This document shows positions 17,793-26,951 of a DNA stretch of 64,000 nt, piece by piece; the first letter of the stretch is position 1, and each line of letters begins with the position of its first letter. Position numbers and translations under genes: made by a program. Location: NCBI GenBank assembly GCA_044344255.1, contig JBIJDH010000001.1:352001-416000 (forward strand), read 5' to 3'. The notes under the pieces are model-generated. The model saw only the letters and a list, made by a program, of their open reading frames with translations. It was not told the origin of the DNA and did no database searches. Source of the DNA: Myxococcota bacterium. GTDB taxonomy: Bacteria; Myxococcota_A; UBA796; UBA2385.

Positions 17793-20282
17793 ATGTCGTA
17801 CCCACGCTGGACGAAGCTCCGCGCCGCGGCGCGCCTGCTCCCCCTCGCCTTGCTCGGCTGCCGCGAGGCCCCGCCGCCGCCGCTCTCGCTGCGCGGGTCC
17901 GGCGGCGGCGCCCCGATGCTCCGCCTGCTCGACCACCGGTCCGAGGCCAACTTGCGCCTGCCGGCGGCGAGCCTGCCCCCCGAGGGGCCCAGCGGGGGTC
18001 GCTTCCGGCTCGATCAGGGTTGGCAGCGGGTCCGTGGGGGTCGGGTGTGGCAGCGGCCGGCGCCGATCCCCCTCCCCCACCTCCACTACACCACCGCGCC
18101 CACCGGGGTCCGCCTCGAGGACGCGGCCGGGGTGTCGCTCCCCTACACGAACGGGCTGCTTGAGCGCGCCACCCCCACCGGCTCCTGGGAGGTGGTGGAG
18201 GGCACGCTCTACCTGAGCTCCCCCACCGACCCGGGCAAGGCCCCGCCGCGACTCCACTCCGCCCCCACCGCCGAGGCGGAGCGCCGCCTCGACCCGACCG
18301 CGAGCGGCCTCGCCCCCGCCGACTACGTGAGCGAGCGGATCACCGTCGCCGGCCACACCCGCGACGCCCTGCTGCTGCCCGCCCCCGCCGAGGTCCGATA
18401 CACCGTCACCCTGCCCACGGGCGCCGCCCACGTGCGCTTCGGGGCGGCGCTCTATCCGCCGCCCGTCTCCGCCTGGGAGGGGGCAGCCCGCCTGTCCGTG
18501 GAGGTCGAGGGGGCCTCCATCTGGTCCCTCGAGGCCCGCGCCGGTGAGCCCTGGACAGAGGTCAGCCTCGACCTCAGCCCTTGGGCAGGACAGACGATTG
18601 ACCTCCGCCTCCAGGCGGAGCGCCTCTCCCCGGACGCCGCCGGCTGGGCCGCCTTCGCCACCCCCGAGCTCTCCGGGACGCCCAGCACTCTGGGCCCGCG
18701 GCGCGTCGTGCTCGTCGGCGTCGACACCCTGCGCCTGAGCCACCTCTCTCGGGAGGGCTATCCGCGGCCCACCACCCCGCACCTCGACGCCCTCGCGGCC
18801 GAGTCGGTGGTCTTCTCCGAGGCCCGCGCGCCCGCGCCCCGCACCCGCCCGAGCTTCCGCACCCTGCTCACCGGCCGCGAGCCCCTGGCCGCGATCGGCG
18901 CCCCCACGCTCGCCGAGGCCTTCGCCGCCGCCGGCTGGAGCACCGCCGGCTTCGTCGCCAACGTGCACCTCATCCCCCGCCTCGGGATGGCGGACGGCTT
19001 CCGCTGGTGGGAGTACCTCGACTCCGCCCCCGCCGCCCACCAGGTCGACCGGACCCTGTCCTGGCTGACCGAGCACCAGGGAGAGGACAGCCTCGTCTTC
19101 CTGCACCTGATGGACCCTCACGTCTTCTACACCCCGCCGCCGCCCTACCTCGATCGGTTCACGACCGGCCTCGACCCTGGCGACCTGCCCGACAACTACA
19201 ACCGCTGGCTGGTGCGCCGCTGGGAGGAGGCCGAGCCCCTCACCCCGGCGAAGCGGGAATTCATGATCGCCCGCTACGACGGAGAGCTCGCGTACATCGA
19301 CGATCAGCTCGATCGCCTCGTGCAGGCGATAGACCGCCTGCCGGGACAGACCACCCTCGTGCTCACCTCCGACCACGGAGAGGAGTTCTGGGAGCACGGC
19401 GGCTTCGAGCACAACCACACGCTCTATGACGAGCTCCTCCGCACGGTGCTCTGGATCCGCCCCCCGAAGGGAGGCGTCGGCGCCGAGATCGACGCCCCCA
19501 CCGCCCTCGCCGACGTCGCCCCCACCCTGCTCGACCTCGCCGGCCTGCCCCCCATCGAGACCGACGGCCTGTCCCTCGCCCCCCTCCTCCAGGGCTCACT
19601 CCCCCCCGCGCCCCTCCTCCAACAACTGATAGACCGGCCCCTGGCCCACGGCCACATGATGTTCGCCCCCGAACAGTGGGCCGTCACCACCCGCGGACAC
19701 AAGTACATCCTGTCGACCGGCAGCGGCGCCGAGCAGCTCTTCGACCTCCGCGCCGACCCCGGCGAGCACCACGACCTCTCCGCCTCCGCCCCGCTCGACC
19801 CCTATCGGGCGGCCCTTCACACCGCGACCGGCTGGCCCGTCGGTCCGGGCTGGCGGATCGTGCTCACGAAGCAGCGCGGCGGCTTCACGCTCACCTTCTC
19901 CGAGCCCCTCCTCGCCGCCGGCGTCATCGACCCCGAGGCCCTCCGCGACCACCGCGCCAACCTCGAGTGGGGAGAGATCCCCCCCTCCGTCCCCACCGAC
20001 GTCGGCGTCGTGACGCTGAGCGCCGACCGGCGGACCGTGACCTTTCGCCCCGGCCCCAAGGGCACCGGACGACTGTACCTGCTCGGCCCCACCGCCACCA
20101 CCACCGCGACGACCGACGCCGGGGCCACCGTTCAGGCCGGGAGCGTGACCCTCGGAGAGGGGGCGGCGGTGATTGAGGTTGGGATCGTGATCGTTCCGGA
20201 GGACAGTGAGGCGAAACGACTGGCCGGGAACCACGACCCGGACGCGATCGAGAGCCTAAGGGCGCTGGGGTATGTGGAGTAG
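17793..20282 (+). CDS. Sulfatase-like (alkaline phosphatase superfamily) lipoprotein
   Basis: GVDTLR, TRPSFRTLLTG, HLMDPH, TSDHGEEFWEHGGFEHNH, LRALGYVE end; lipobox LLGC. Confidence 0.85.
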   Translation: MSYPRWTKLRAAARLLPLALLGCREAPPPPLSLRGSGGGAPMLRLLDHRSEANLRLPAASLPPEGPSGGRFRLDQGWQRVRGGRVWQRPAPIPLPHLHYTTAPTGVRLEDAAGVSLPYTNGLLERATPTGSWEVVEGTLYLSSPTDPGKAPPRLHSAPTAEAERRLDPTASGLAPADYVSERITVAGHTRDALLLPAPAEVRYTVTLPTGAAHVRFGAALYPPPVSAWEGAARLSVEVEGASIWSLEARAGEPWTEVSLDLSPWAGQTIDLRLQAERLSPDAAGWAAFATPELSGTPSTLGPRRVVLVGVDTLRLSHLSREGYPRPTTPHLDALAAESVVFSEARAPAPRTRPSFRTLLTGREPLAAIGAPTLAEAFAAAGWSTAGFVANVHLIPRLGMADGFRWWEYLDSAPAAHQVDRTLSWLTEHQGEDSLVFLHLMDPHVFYTPPPPYLDRFTTGLDPGDLPDNYNRWLVRRWEEAEPLTPAKREFMIARYDGELAYIDDQLDRLVQAIDRLPGQTTLVLTSDHGEEFWEHGGFEHNHTLYDELLRTVLWIRPPKGGVGAEIDAPTALADVAPTLLDLAGLPPIETDGLSLAPLLQGSLPPAPLLQQLIDRPLAHGHMMFAPEQWAVTTRGHKYILSTGSGAEQLFDLRADPGEHHDLSASAPLDPYRAALHTATGWPVGPGWRIVLTKQRGGFTLTFSEPLLAAGVIDPEALRDHRANLEWGEIPPSVPTDVGVVTLSADRRTVTFRPGPKGTGRLYLLGPTATTTATTDAGATVQAGSVTLGEGAAVIEVGIVIVPEDSEAKRLAGNHDPDAIESLRALGYVE

Positions 20283-20581
20283 CGGTGAGTTGGGGTGGTG
20301 GTTGGTCGGAACCTCGACCGACACTCGGCCGCCCCCGAGACAGACTTCGAAGCGAAAAGGAATCGGAGCGAGGCGAACAGACCTCCACCTCAACAAAGGC
20401 GGCAAGGTGCGGACTGCTCGCGGCCCCAAGCTCAGTGCACGCGGTGCGTGCACTCTTGACCTGGACCCACCACCGTGAGCTCCCTCGACCGACGACCCGG
20501 GAAGCTGGCGCTCCCTCGCTCTGGGCGCATTCCAGCTGACTGGGACATTGAGCACGCGCGACGGTATGTGCGTACTGCAGC

Positions 20582-20855
20582 CTGTGCAGCGCGAGGCGGC
20601 CCACCTCCAGCGCATGCGCGAGGCTGACGGCCAACGACTGAGCCCCGAACTCGCGCTCAAGCTCCCTGCAGAGATCCTCGACGCTCCGCTGAAGGGTGAG
20701 CTTTCCGAGCGCCACCTTGATGACGAGCTCCCGGGGGCTCACGACGCTCAGGGGGAGCTCATCGGCCTCGAGGATCGCCTCCCTGGCGGTCGCCGAGAGG
20801 GCTTCGGACCGGAGAGCGCCCAGAGGGCGGCGTGGGTGTCGAGCACCAAACTCAA
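20582..20855 (-). pseudogene. Frameshifted, truncated VapC/PIN toxin
   Basis: TTG start, LVLDTHAALWALSG, frameshift near 20810, then SEALSATAREAI..SVVSPRELVIKVALGKL..LAHALEVGRLALH; DPFDR-type tail absent. Confidence 0.75.
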
Positions 20856-20956
20856 TGGGACCTGAAATCCAAACCCTCGATGGACAGGGGCTCATCGAAG
20901 TCGTCTCGAAGTACCGCGACGCCGGGCATCGTCCCGAAGCGCCGCCTCGGTGTGGT
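20852..20956 (-). pseudogene. C-terminal remnant of cognate antitoxin
   Basis: TPRRRFGTMPGVAVLRDDFDEPL; stop overlaps the PIN start (TTGA); no recognisable N-terminus. Confidence 0.6.
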
Positions 20957-21090
20957 CGCTGAGCCCTCCGCCGGCGGGGCGCCCCCCTCCGGCGCCGATG
21001 CGGCGCCACCTCCCCCCGCGAAACGCGGGAGGAGGATCTTCGGGGAGCAAGCCGAGCTCCCCGCCCCATCACCCAGCGGTGACGTTGGCC

Positions 21091-21344
21091 GCTCAGCCCC
21101 CGTCGGCCAGCCGGGTGCGCCGCCGCAGCCGGTACTCCCGCAGCACGTACTTCACGAAGGTGAGGTCATCGAGGAAGCGGGGGCCCATGCGCTTCGGCTC
21201 CAGGATGACCCGCCAGGTGATCTCCACGCCGCTCGTCAGCATCCAGCGCGGGGCGCGGGTGGTGAGGCCGGTGGCGATGTCGAAGGCGCCGCCCACGCCG
21301 AGCACGAAGGGGACCTTGAGCTCGGCCCGGTTGCGCTCCACGAA
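21091..21344 (-). repeat. Direct repeat copy A: detached 3' end of WecB/TagA/CpsF gene
   Basis: 254 bp matching 23843-24096 with 5 mismatches. Confidence 0.95.
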
Positions 21345-21447
21345 GGACAAGGTCGCCCACTTCACGCTGTACTTCACACCTCCGCCACGTGGCGTTACGG
21401 GAGGCGCAGGCGACCGGGTGTGAAGCCGGACGCCAGAGGGGGTGAAC

Positions 21448-22245
21448 ATGACCGACAGCCCGCTGACCGGCCCGCCGCCGAGTGAGGTGCCGCTACCACG
21501 GGCGCCGCTGGTGCGGGTGATCGCGCAGGTCCGCTTCCCGATCATCGCCTCGGTGGAGAAGCGCGACTTCATCGCGCAGTTCCAGGAGGCGATCCGGGAT
21601 AACTACCCGTTGATGCGTCAGGAGACGTCGAGCTCCCTCGTCAGCACACAAGGCCTGGGCCAGATCGAGGTGCGGTCCAACACCGTCTGGAGGTTCCACG
21701 ACCGGGAGCATCACTGGCGTGTCACGCTCGCCGCAGATTTCATCGCGCTGGAGGCGAACGCCTACAGGAGCCGCAGGGACTTCTTCGGTCGCTTCGAGCG
21801 CCTGATGGTGGCGCTCGCTGAGCATGTCCGCCCCAGCGCACTCGACCGCCTCGGGGTTCGGTACATCGACCGGCTCACGGACCAGGCGTTTGGCGAGCTG
21901 TCCTCGTTCATTCAACCCGCGCTGCTGGGCGCACTCGGAACAACGGTGGGCCGTCACGCGCGGCTCGCCCTCAGCGAGTACGTGTTCGACTTGCCCGACG
22001 AGCGTGGTCAGATGCGGGCACGTTGGGGAATCGTTCCAATGAACGCCACCATTGACCCGACCGCCATAGAGGCGATCGATAAGCCGAGCTGGATCCTCGA
22101 CCTCGACGCCTTCGTGCAGGAGGAGCGAACCTTCGAACCCACGCATGTGGCAAAGGAGGCGACCCGGCTGGCCGCGCGATGTTACGCCTTCTTCCGTTGG
22201 TCGGTGACGGAGCGGTTCCTTGAGTACTTTGCGGAGATGCCATGA
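21448..22245 (+). CDS. TIGR04255-family protein
   Basis: PLPRAPLVRVIAQVRFP, RLGVRYIDRL, WILDLDAF, FFRWSVT. Confidence 0.8.
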   Translation: MTDSPLTGPPPSEVPLPRAPLVRVIAQVRFPIIASVEKRDFIAQFQEAIRDNYPLMRQETSSSLVSTQGLGQIEVRSNTVWRFHDREHHWRVTLAADFIALEANAYRSRRDFFGRFERLMVALAEHVRPSALDRLGVRYIDRLTDQAFGELSSFIQPALLGALGTTVGRHARLALSEYVFDLPDERGQMRARWGIVPMNATIDPTAIEAIDKPSWILDLDAFVQEERTFEPTHVAKEATRLAARCYAFFRWSVTERFLEYFAEMP

Positions 22246-22952
22246 CCTCGATGGTGCATGAAGGCGTCCCGACGTACGGCACCTCCGCGATGGGCGCGCG
22301 GTCTACGCGCCCGGCCCTCATGGTGGTCTTGGTGACGGGGGCGATCACACTCCAGGCGACCACCGCCAGCCGTGAAGGTTGTCTCATCGGCGTTCAAGTG
22401 GTCTTCGACACCAGCGCGACGACCGCCGGGGGTGGGATCGCCGCCTCGGCCGCCGTGTCCGAGCCGGCCGAAGCGGACACGACGGCGCAGGCGCTCTCGA
22501 AGCTCCGTCGGGTATCCGGCTTGACCTGGGAGCAGCTCGGCCGTGTGTTCGCCGTGAGCCGTCGCGCGGTGCACTTCTGGGCGAGCGGAAGGCCCATGTC
22601 CGCCGAACACGAGGAGCACCTTCGACAAGCGCTCGCGCTGGTTCATCACCGTCCGGCGGGGGCCGATCAAGTACGCGGCGCCCTGCTCTCCATCGTCGAT
22701 GGACAGCAGGTGCTGGAGCTCCTCGCGTCGAAGCGCTTCGAGGAGGTGGAGGCTGCGCTGACGTCGAGCGTGGGCGCGAGACAGCGGCCGAATGCACCCA
22801 CACGGGCGCCGCTCTCCCCGTCAGCCAACGCCGCTCGGCGACCACCGCCGCCCGACGTGATGGCGGCGGGCGAGGACGAGTCCGCGCACACCCTCATGGG
22901 GCGCGGGCGAACGGCGCGCACCTCGCGGAGTCGCGGTCGTGGCCAGTCCTGA
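22242..22952 (+). CDS. Xre-like HTH protein with N- and C-terminal extensions
   Basis: LRRVSGLTWEQLGRVFAVSRRAVHFWASG; ATGA overlap with upstream gene. Confidence 0.75.
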   Translation: MTSMVHEGVPTYGTSAMGARSTRPALMVVLVTGAITLQATTASREGCLIGVQVVFDTSATTAGGGIAASAAVSEPAEADTTAQALSKLRRVSGLTWEQLGRVFAVSRRAVHFWASGRPMSAEHEEHLRQALALVHHRPAGADQVRGALLSIVDGQQVLELLASKRFEEVEAALTSSVGARQRPNAPTRAPLSPSANAARRPPPPDVMAAGEDESAHTLMGRGRTARTSRSRGRGQS

Positions 22953-23784
22953 CCACGGCTCCGCAGACATCGACCAGGCACTGGCGTCGTGGCGCCAGGG
23001 CGACAGCGTGCTGGGCCAGCACTGGTTCCTTGGGCGGGCGGATCCATCGCGACCCATCACAGACCAGAGCCGGGAGGACTGCGACCCCGAGACGGGGAAC
23101 TACGAGAGCGAGGTCCCCGGGTTCTCCGTCCTCACGCAGACCTGCGATCTGGTCCGGCGATGCGATCACCGTCCATTCGTCGAGATCGCGCCGCTCACCC
23201 ACCTCGACGAGGAGGAGTGGCGATCCGTGGTCCGGGGGCGCCAGCCGCGTTTCGCGTGCGTGCCGGCGCTGGCCCACCGGCGCCTCGCCGTCGACCTCGA
23301 TCGCGTGATGACCGTGGAGAAGGCGGTCGTTGCCACATGGGAGCGCGTCCCGGGCTGGTCTACGGACGATGAAGCTCGATCCTTCGCGCTCGCGCTGGCG
23401 CGCAAGCGGGCCCGCGCAGCGCTCCCCAATGACTTCGTCGAAGTGGCGCGCCCTCTCCAAGGCCGAATCGTCGAGAGGCATGACAAACAGAGCGAAGAGG
23501 GGCAGGCGCTGCGTTCCCTTCGCGAAATCCGCGTCCGCGCGGCCCCTTCCTGGGAAGCCGCCGATGTGGAGATCGACCTCCTCTTCATCCGAGACGAAAC
23601 AGCCACGGAATTCGCGGGCAAGACCTGGGCGGATTGGATGAGCCAGTGGCTGAAACGCGTTCCGGCTGGCGGGCGCTTTCGGCGCATCGATGGAGTTGTA
23701 CAGACACTCGACGACCTCAGCGCCCGAGACTACCTTGAGAGCGATCCCCTCGACCTCGGGTACCTGTCCGACCGCCCGCCGTAG
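22939..23784 (+). CDS. Hypothetical protein, N-terminal PemK/MazF-like pattern
   Basis: WRQGD, VLTQTCDL, FVEIAPLT, VDLDRVMTVEK; overlaps upstream stop by 14 bp. Confidence 0.7.
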   Translation: MASPDHGSADIDQALASWRQGDSVLGQHWFLGRADPSRPITDQSREDCDPETGNYESEVPGFSVLTQTCDLVRRCDHRPFVEIAPLTHLDEEEWRSVVRGRQPRFACVPALAHRRLAVDLDRVMTVEKAVVATWERVPGWSTDDEARSFALALARKRARAALPNDFVEVARPLQGRIVERHDKQSEEGQALRSLREIRVRAAPSWEAADVEIDLLFIRDETATEFAGKTWADWMSQWLKRVPAGGRFRRIDGVVQTLDDLSARDYLESDPLDLGYLSDRPP

Positions 23785-23842
23785 TGAGCGCCATGTCCCC
23801 GCCCCGCGCCCGATCCACGCATCAGGCCCGATGACGCAGGGA

Positions 23843-24096
23843 GCTCAGCCCCCGTCGGCCAGCCGGGTGCGCCGCCGCAGCCGGTACTCCCGCAGTACGT
23901 ACTTCACGAAGGTGAGGTCATCGAGGAAGCGGGGGCCCATGCGCTTCGGCTCCTGGATGACCCGCCAGGTGATCTCCACGCCGCTCTTCTGCATCCAGCG
24001 CGGGGCGCGGGTGGTGAGGCCGGCGGCGATGTCGAAGGCGCCGCCCACGCCGAGCACGAAGGGGACCTTGAGCTCGGCCCGGTTGCGCTCCACGAA
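23843..24096 (-). repeat. Direct repeat copy B (3' end of the intact glycosyltransferase)
   Basis: See copy A; offset 2752 bp. Confidence 0.95.
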
Positions 24097-24666
24097 CTCC
24101 TCCTTCTTGGGGGAGGAGATGGCGATGAAGAGCATGTCGGCCTTGGAGTCGTTGATCTGGCGGGTGATCTCCGCCTCGTCCTCGACCTTGAAGTAGCCGT
24201 TACGGCGGCCGACGATCTGGATGCCCGGATACTGCTTCTCGAAGTTGTCGGCCGCCTTCTGGACCGACTCCTCCTTCGCGCCGAGCATGAAGATGCGGTA
24301 GCCCTTCTTCTGCGAGACCGGCAGCATCTCGAACATGATGTCGACGCTCGGCACCCGCTCGGGCAGCGCGTCCTGGAAGAGGCGGCTGAACCAGATCACC
24401 GGCGTGCCGTCGGCGGTGATGAGGTCACAGGAGCGCACGATGCGGGCGAACTCGGGCTCCCGCTGCATCTTGAGGAGCTGATCGACGTTGACGCCGATGC
24501 TCTGGTAGACGCGGTCACGGCGCGCGATGTAGCCCTCGACCCGGCGGATGGCCTCGGCCATGTCGACGCGGTCGAAGGGGCAGCTGAACATCTGCACGCG
24601 GTCGAGCTTCTCGCCCGCGGCAGAGGTGTGGAGATACTCCCCAGCGGGGATCCCGGCGCCGTGCAT
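23845..24666 (-). CDS. WecB/TagA/CpsF glycosyltransferase
   Basis: ADGTPVIW, SSPKKEEF, GVGGAFD, RAPRWMQKSG, QEPKRM; RBS GGAG. Confidence 0.93.
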   Translation of the reverse strand: MHGAGIPAGEYLHTSAAGEKLDRVQMFSCPFDRVDMAEAIRRVEGYIARRDRVYQSIGVNVDQLLKMQREPEFARIVRSCDLITADGTPVIWFSRLFQDALPERVPSVDIMFEMLPVSQKKGYRIFMLGAKEESVQKAADNFEKQYPGIQIVGRRNGYFKVEDEAEITRQINDSKADMLFIAISSPKKEEFVERNRAELKVPFVLGVGGAFDIAAGLTTRAPRWMQKSGVEITWRVIQEPKRMGPRFLDDLTFVKYVLREYRLRRRTRLADGG

Positions 24667-24674
24667 GGTCGCTC

Positions 24675-25724
24675 CTAAGCCTGCTCGGCCTTGACCGTCA
24701 TCTCGCGCACCGCGCTCGAGGCGCCGGGGCCGAAGCTGGCGGCGTGATCGATGCGGTTCCAGTTGTCGCGGAACCAGCGGATGTTGGCCTCGAGGCCGAC
24801 CTCGAAGGGCGTGTTCGGGTTGTAGCCGATGAGCTTGCCCGCCTTCTCGACGCTGGCGCAGAGGCGACGCTTGGTGTCCCACTTGCGGCGGGCGGCCCAG
24901 GAGATGCCCGCCTTGTTGCCGACGGCCTCGTTGATCATCTCGGCGAGCTCGCCGATGCGCGTCTCCCGGCCGGAGGCGAGGTTGAACTCCTCACCGATGG
25001 CCTCGGGGAGCACGCCCGAGCGGAGCAGGCCGTCGTTGATGTCGCCCACGAAGGTGAAGTCGCGGGTCTCGGAGCCGTCGCCCGTGAGCGGGAGCGGGAG
25101 GCCCTTCATCGCCCAGTAGATGAAGTTGGGGATGACGTTGCGGTACTGCCCCGGCACTTCGCCCGGCCCGTAGCTGTTGAAGAAGCGGGCCTTCACCACC
25201 GGCACATTGTAGTGGTGGTGGAAGAAGTTGCCGTAGAGCTCTCCCAGCATCTTGGTGATCTGGTAGGGCGTCGTGAGGTGCATGCTCATGAACTCCTCCC
25301 GCAGCGGGAGGGGAGCGGCGCTGCCGTAGATCGAGCAGCCGCTCGAGGCGTACACGAAGCGCTCGACCGGGTGGAGCGTGCTGTACTCGAGGAGCCGCAG
25401 CGTGCCCATGCCGTTGACCATGAGGTCGTTCTCGGGGTGATCCACCGAGTTCTGGTTCGCGAAGAAGGCGGCGAGGTGGAAGACGATGTGCGGCTTCTCG
25501 AAGAAGCAGCGCTTGAGCTTCACCTCGTCGAGGATATCGCCCTCGACGAACAGCACGTTCGGGAGGCTCGGCACGTTCCAGCGCGGCGAGCTCACGAGGT
25601 TGTCGAGGATGATGACCTTGGCCGCGATCGGGGAGAGTGCGCGGACGAGGTTTGAGCCGATGGCGCCAGCGCCGCCCGTGACGAGCACGGTCTTGCCGGC
25701 GTATTGGGAGAGGTGATCGGACAT
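24675..25724 (-). CDS. NAD-dependent epimerase/dehydratase
   Basis: VTGGAGAIG, YQITK, RFFNSYGP, TRDFTFV. Confidence 0.93.
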   Translation of the reverse strand: MSDHLSQYAGKTVLVTGGAGAIGSNLVRALSPIAAKVIILDNLVSSPRWNVPSLPNVLFVEGDILDEVKLKRCFFEKPHIVFHLAAFFANQNSVDHPENDLMVNGMGTLRLLEYSTLHPVERFVYASSGCSIYGSAAPLPLREEFMSMHLTTPYQITKMLGELYGNFFHHHYNVPVVKARFFNSYGPGEVPGQYRNVIPNFIYWAMKGLPLPLTGDGSETRDFTFVGDINDGLLRSGVLPEAIGEEFNLASGRETRIGELAEMINEAVGNKAGISWAARRKWDTKRRLCASVEKAGKLIGYNPNTPFEVGLEANIRWFRDNWNRIDHAASFGPGASSAVREMTVKAEQA

Positions 25725-25876
25725 GGGCGTCTCTCTCGAGGTGGAAGACGAGGGGGTGCTGGGTAGACCGGGATACGCACTGGGCCGTCCCCGGGATCTC
25801 ACCGGCAGCGACCACGGTCCGCTCCTCCGATGAGCCCACGCCGCCTCATGCCCCGCTCCACCCGGCTCGGCACGTC

Positions 25877-26911
25877 ATGGAATGCAAATCCTTGATCAGC
25901 CCCCGAATCGTCACGCCCCCCTTCCGGGGCCCTCTCTTCGTCGTCGGGATGCCGAGGTCGGGCACCAAGCTGCTGCGCGATCTCCTCAACGGACACAGCC
26001 AGATCGGCATCCCCGCCGCAGAGACGGAGTTCCTCCCCGACTGGTGCCGCCGCTGGCCCGAGTTCGGAGATCTGTCAGACCGCGCGACCTTCCAGCGCTT
26101 TTATGACCGGATGCAGAAGAGCGCATACTTTGTGTACCTCCGCGAAGAGCAGCGCTACGAGACCGACCCCCAGCGCTGGTACGAGGCCTGCGCCGGTTGG
26201 GGGGTGGCCGAGGTCTTCGAGGCCCTGATCCGGGAGGACGCCCATTGTCCCTTGGGATCGACGCGCATCTGGGGTGACAAGTCCCCCTCCTACATCGCCC
26301 AGGTGCCCCTGCTCGACCGCCTCTGGCCCTCGGCGCGGGTGGTTCACATCGTCCGCGACGTGCGCGACTACGCGCTCTCCATCCACCACGCCTGGGGCAA
26401 GGACATGCTCCGTGCCGCGCAGCGCTGGGTGGATCGGGTGGAGCAGGTGGCGCAGGAGGGCGCCGCCCTCGGCCCGCACCGCTTCCAAGAGCTGCGGTAT
26501 GAGGACCTCCTCACCGATCCGGCGGTCGCGCTCGACAAGCTCAGCGGCTTCCTGGACATCCCCTTCGAACCCAGCATGACGAAGCTCCAACGCGCCTCGG
26601 AGAACAAGGGGGATGCTAAGGGTGAGATCGGGATCAAGGCGGATAACAGCGGGAAGTTCGGGGCCCGGATGGAGCCCGGGCTCCGCCGCGCCATCGAGGC
26701 CATCGCCGCCCCGACCCTCGCTCGGTACGGCTATGAGGGCGTCCCCTCGACCCCCGCCTCGCGGGTGCCCGCCTGGCGGATGATGGCGGGGCAAGCCGCC
26801 GACGGCGCGGCCCTCGTGCGCTCGGAGGCCGACGAGCGGGGCTGGCTCGGCGCCCTCCGCTTCCGGTGGTCGGTCTTCGCCGAGACGGGGGCCTGGGAGC
26901 GGCTCCGATAA
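25877..26911 (+). CDS. Sulfotransferase
   Basis: GMPRSGTKLL, WGDKSP, HIVRDVRD, RYEDLL. Confidence 0.9.
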   Translation: MECKSLISPRIVTPPFRGPLFVVGMPRSGTKLLRDLLNGHSQIGIPAAETEFLPDWCRRWPEFGDLSDRATFQRFYDRMQKSAYFVYLREEQRYETDPQRWYEACAGWGVAEVFEALIREDAHCPLGSTRIWGDKSPSYIAQVPLLDRLWPSARVVHIVRDVRDYALSIHHAWGKDMLRAAQRWVDRVEQVAQEGAALGPHRFQELRYEDLLTDPAVALDKLSGFLDIPFEPSMTKLQRASENKGDAKGEIGIKADNSGKFGARMEPGLRRAIEAIAAPTLARYGYEGVPSTPASRVPAWRMMAGQAADGAALVRSEADERGWLGALRFRWSVFAETGAWERLR

Positions 26912-26951
26912 GGCCGCGGAGCCCCTCTCCCCGCGCGAGCCGGGCCGTCGG

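Noticed and set aside
20548..20865. 105-aa plus-strand ORF
   Set aside because: Antisense shadow of the PIN pseudogene.
21093..21572. 159-aa minus-strand ORF ending in the glycosyltransferase C-terminus
   Set aside because: N-terminal half is antisense to the TIGR04255 gene; a by-product of the duplication.
21091..24096. Complete diversity-generating retroelement
   Set aside because: No reverse transcriptase or Avd-like gene in the window; the putative template is an ordinary coding 3' end; only five mismatches.
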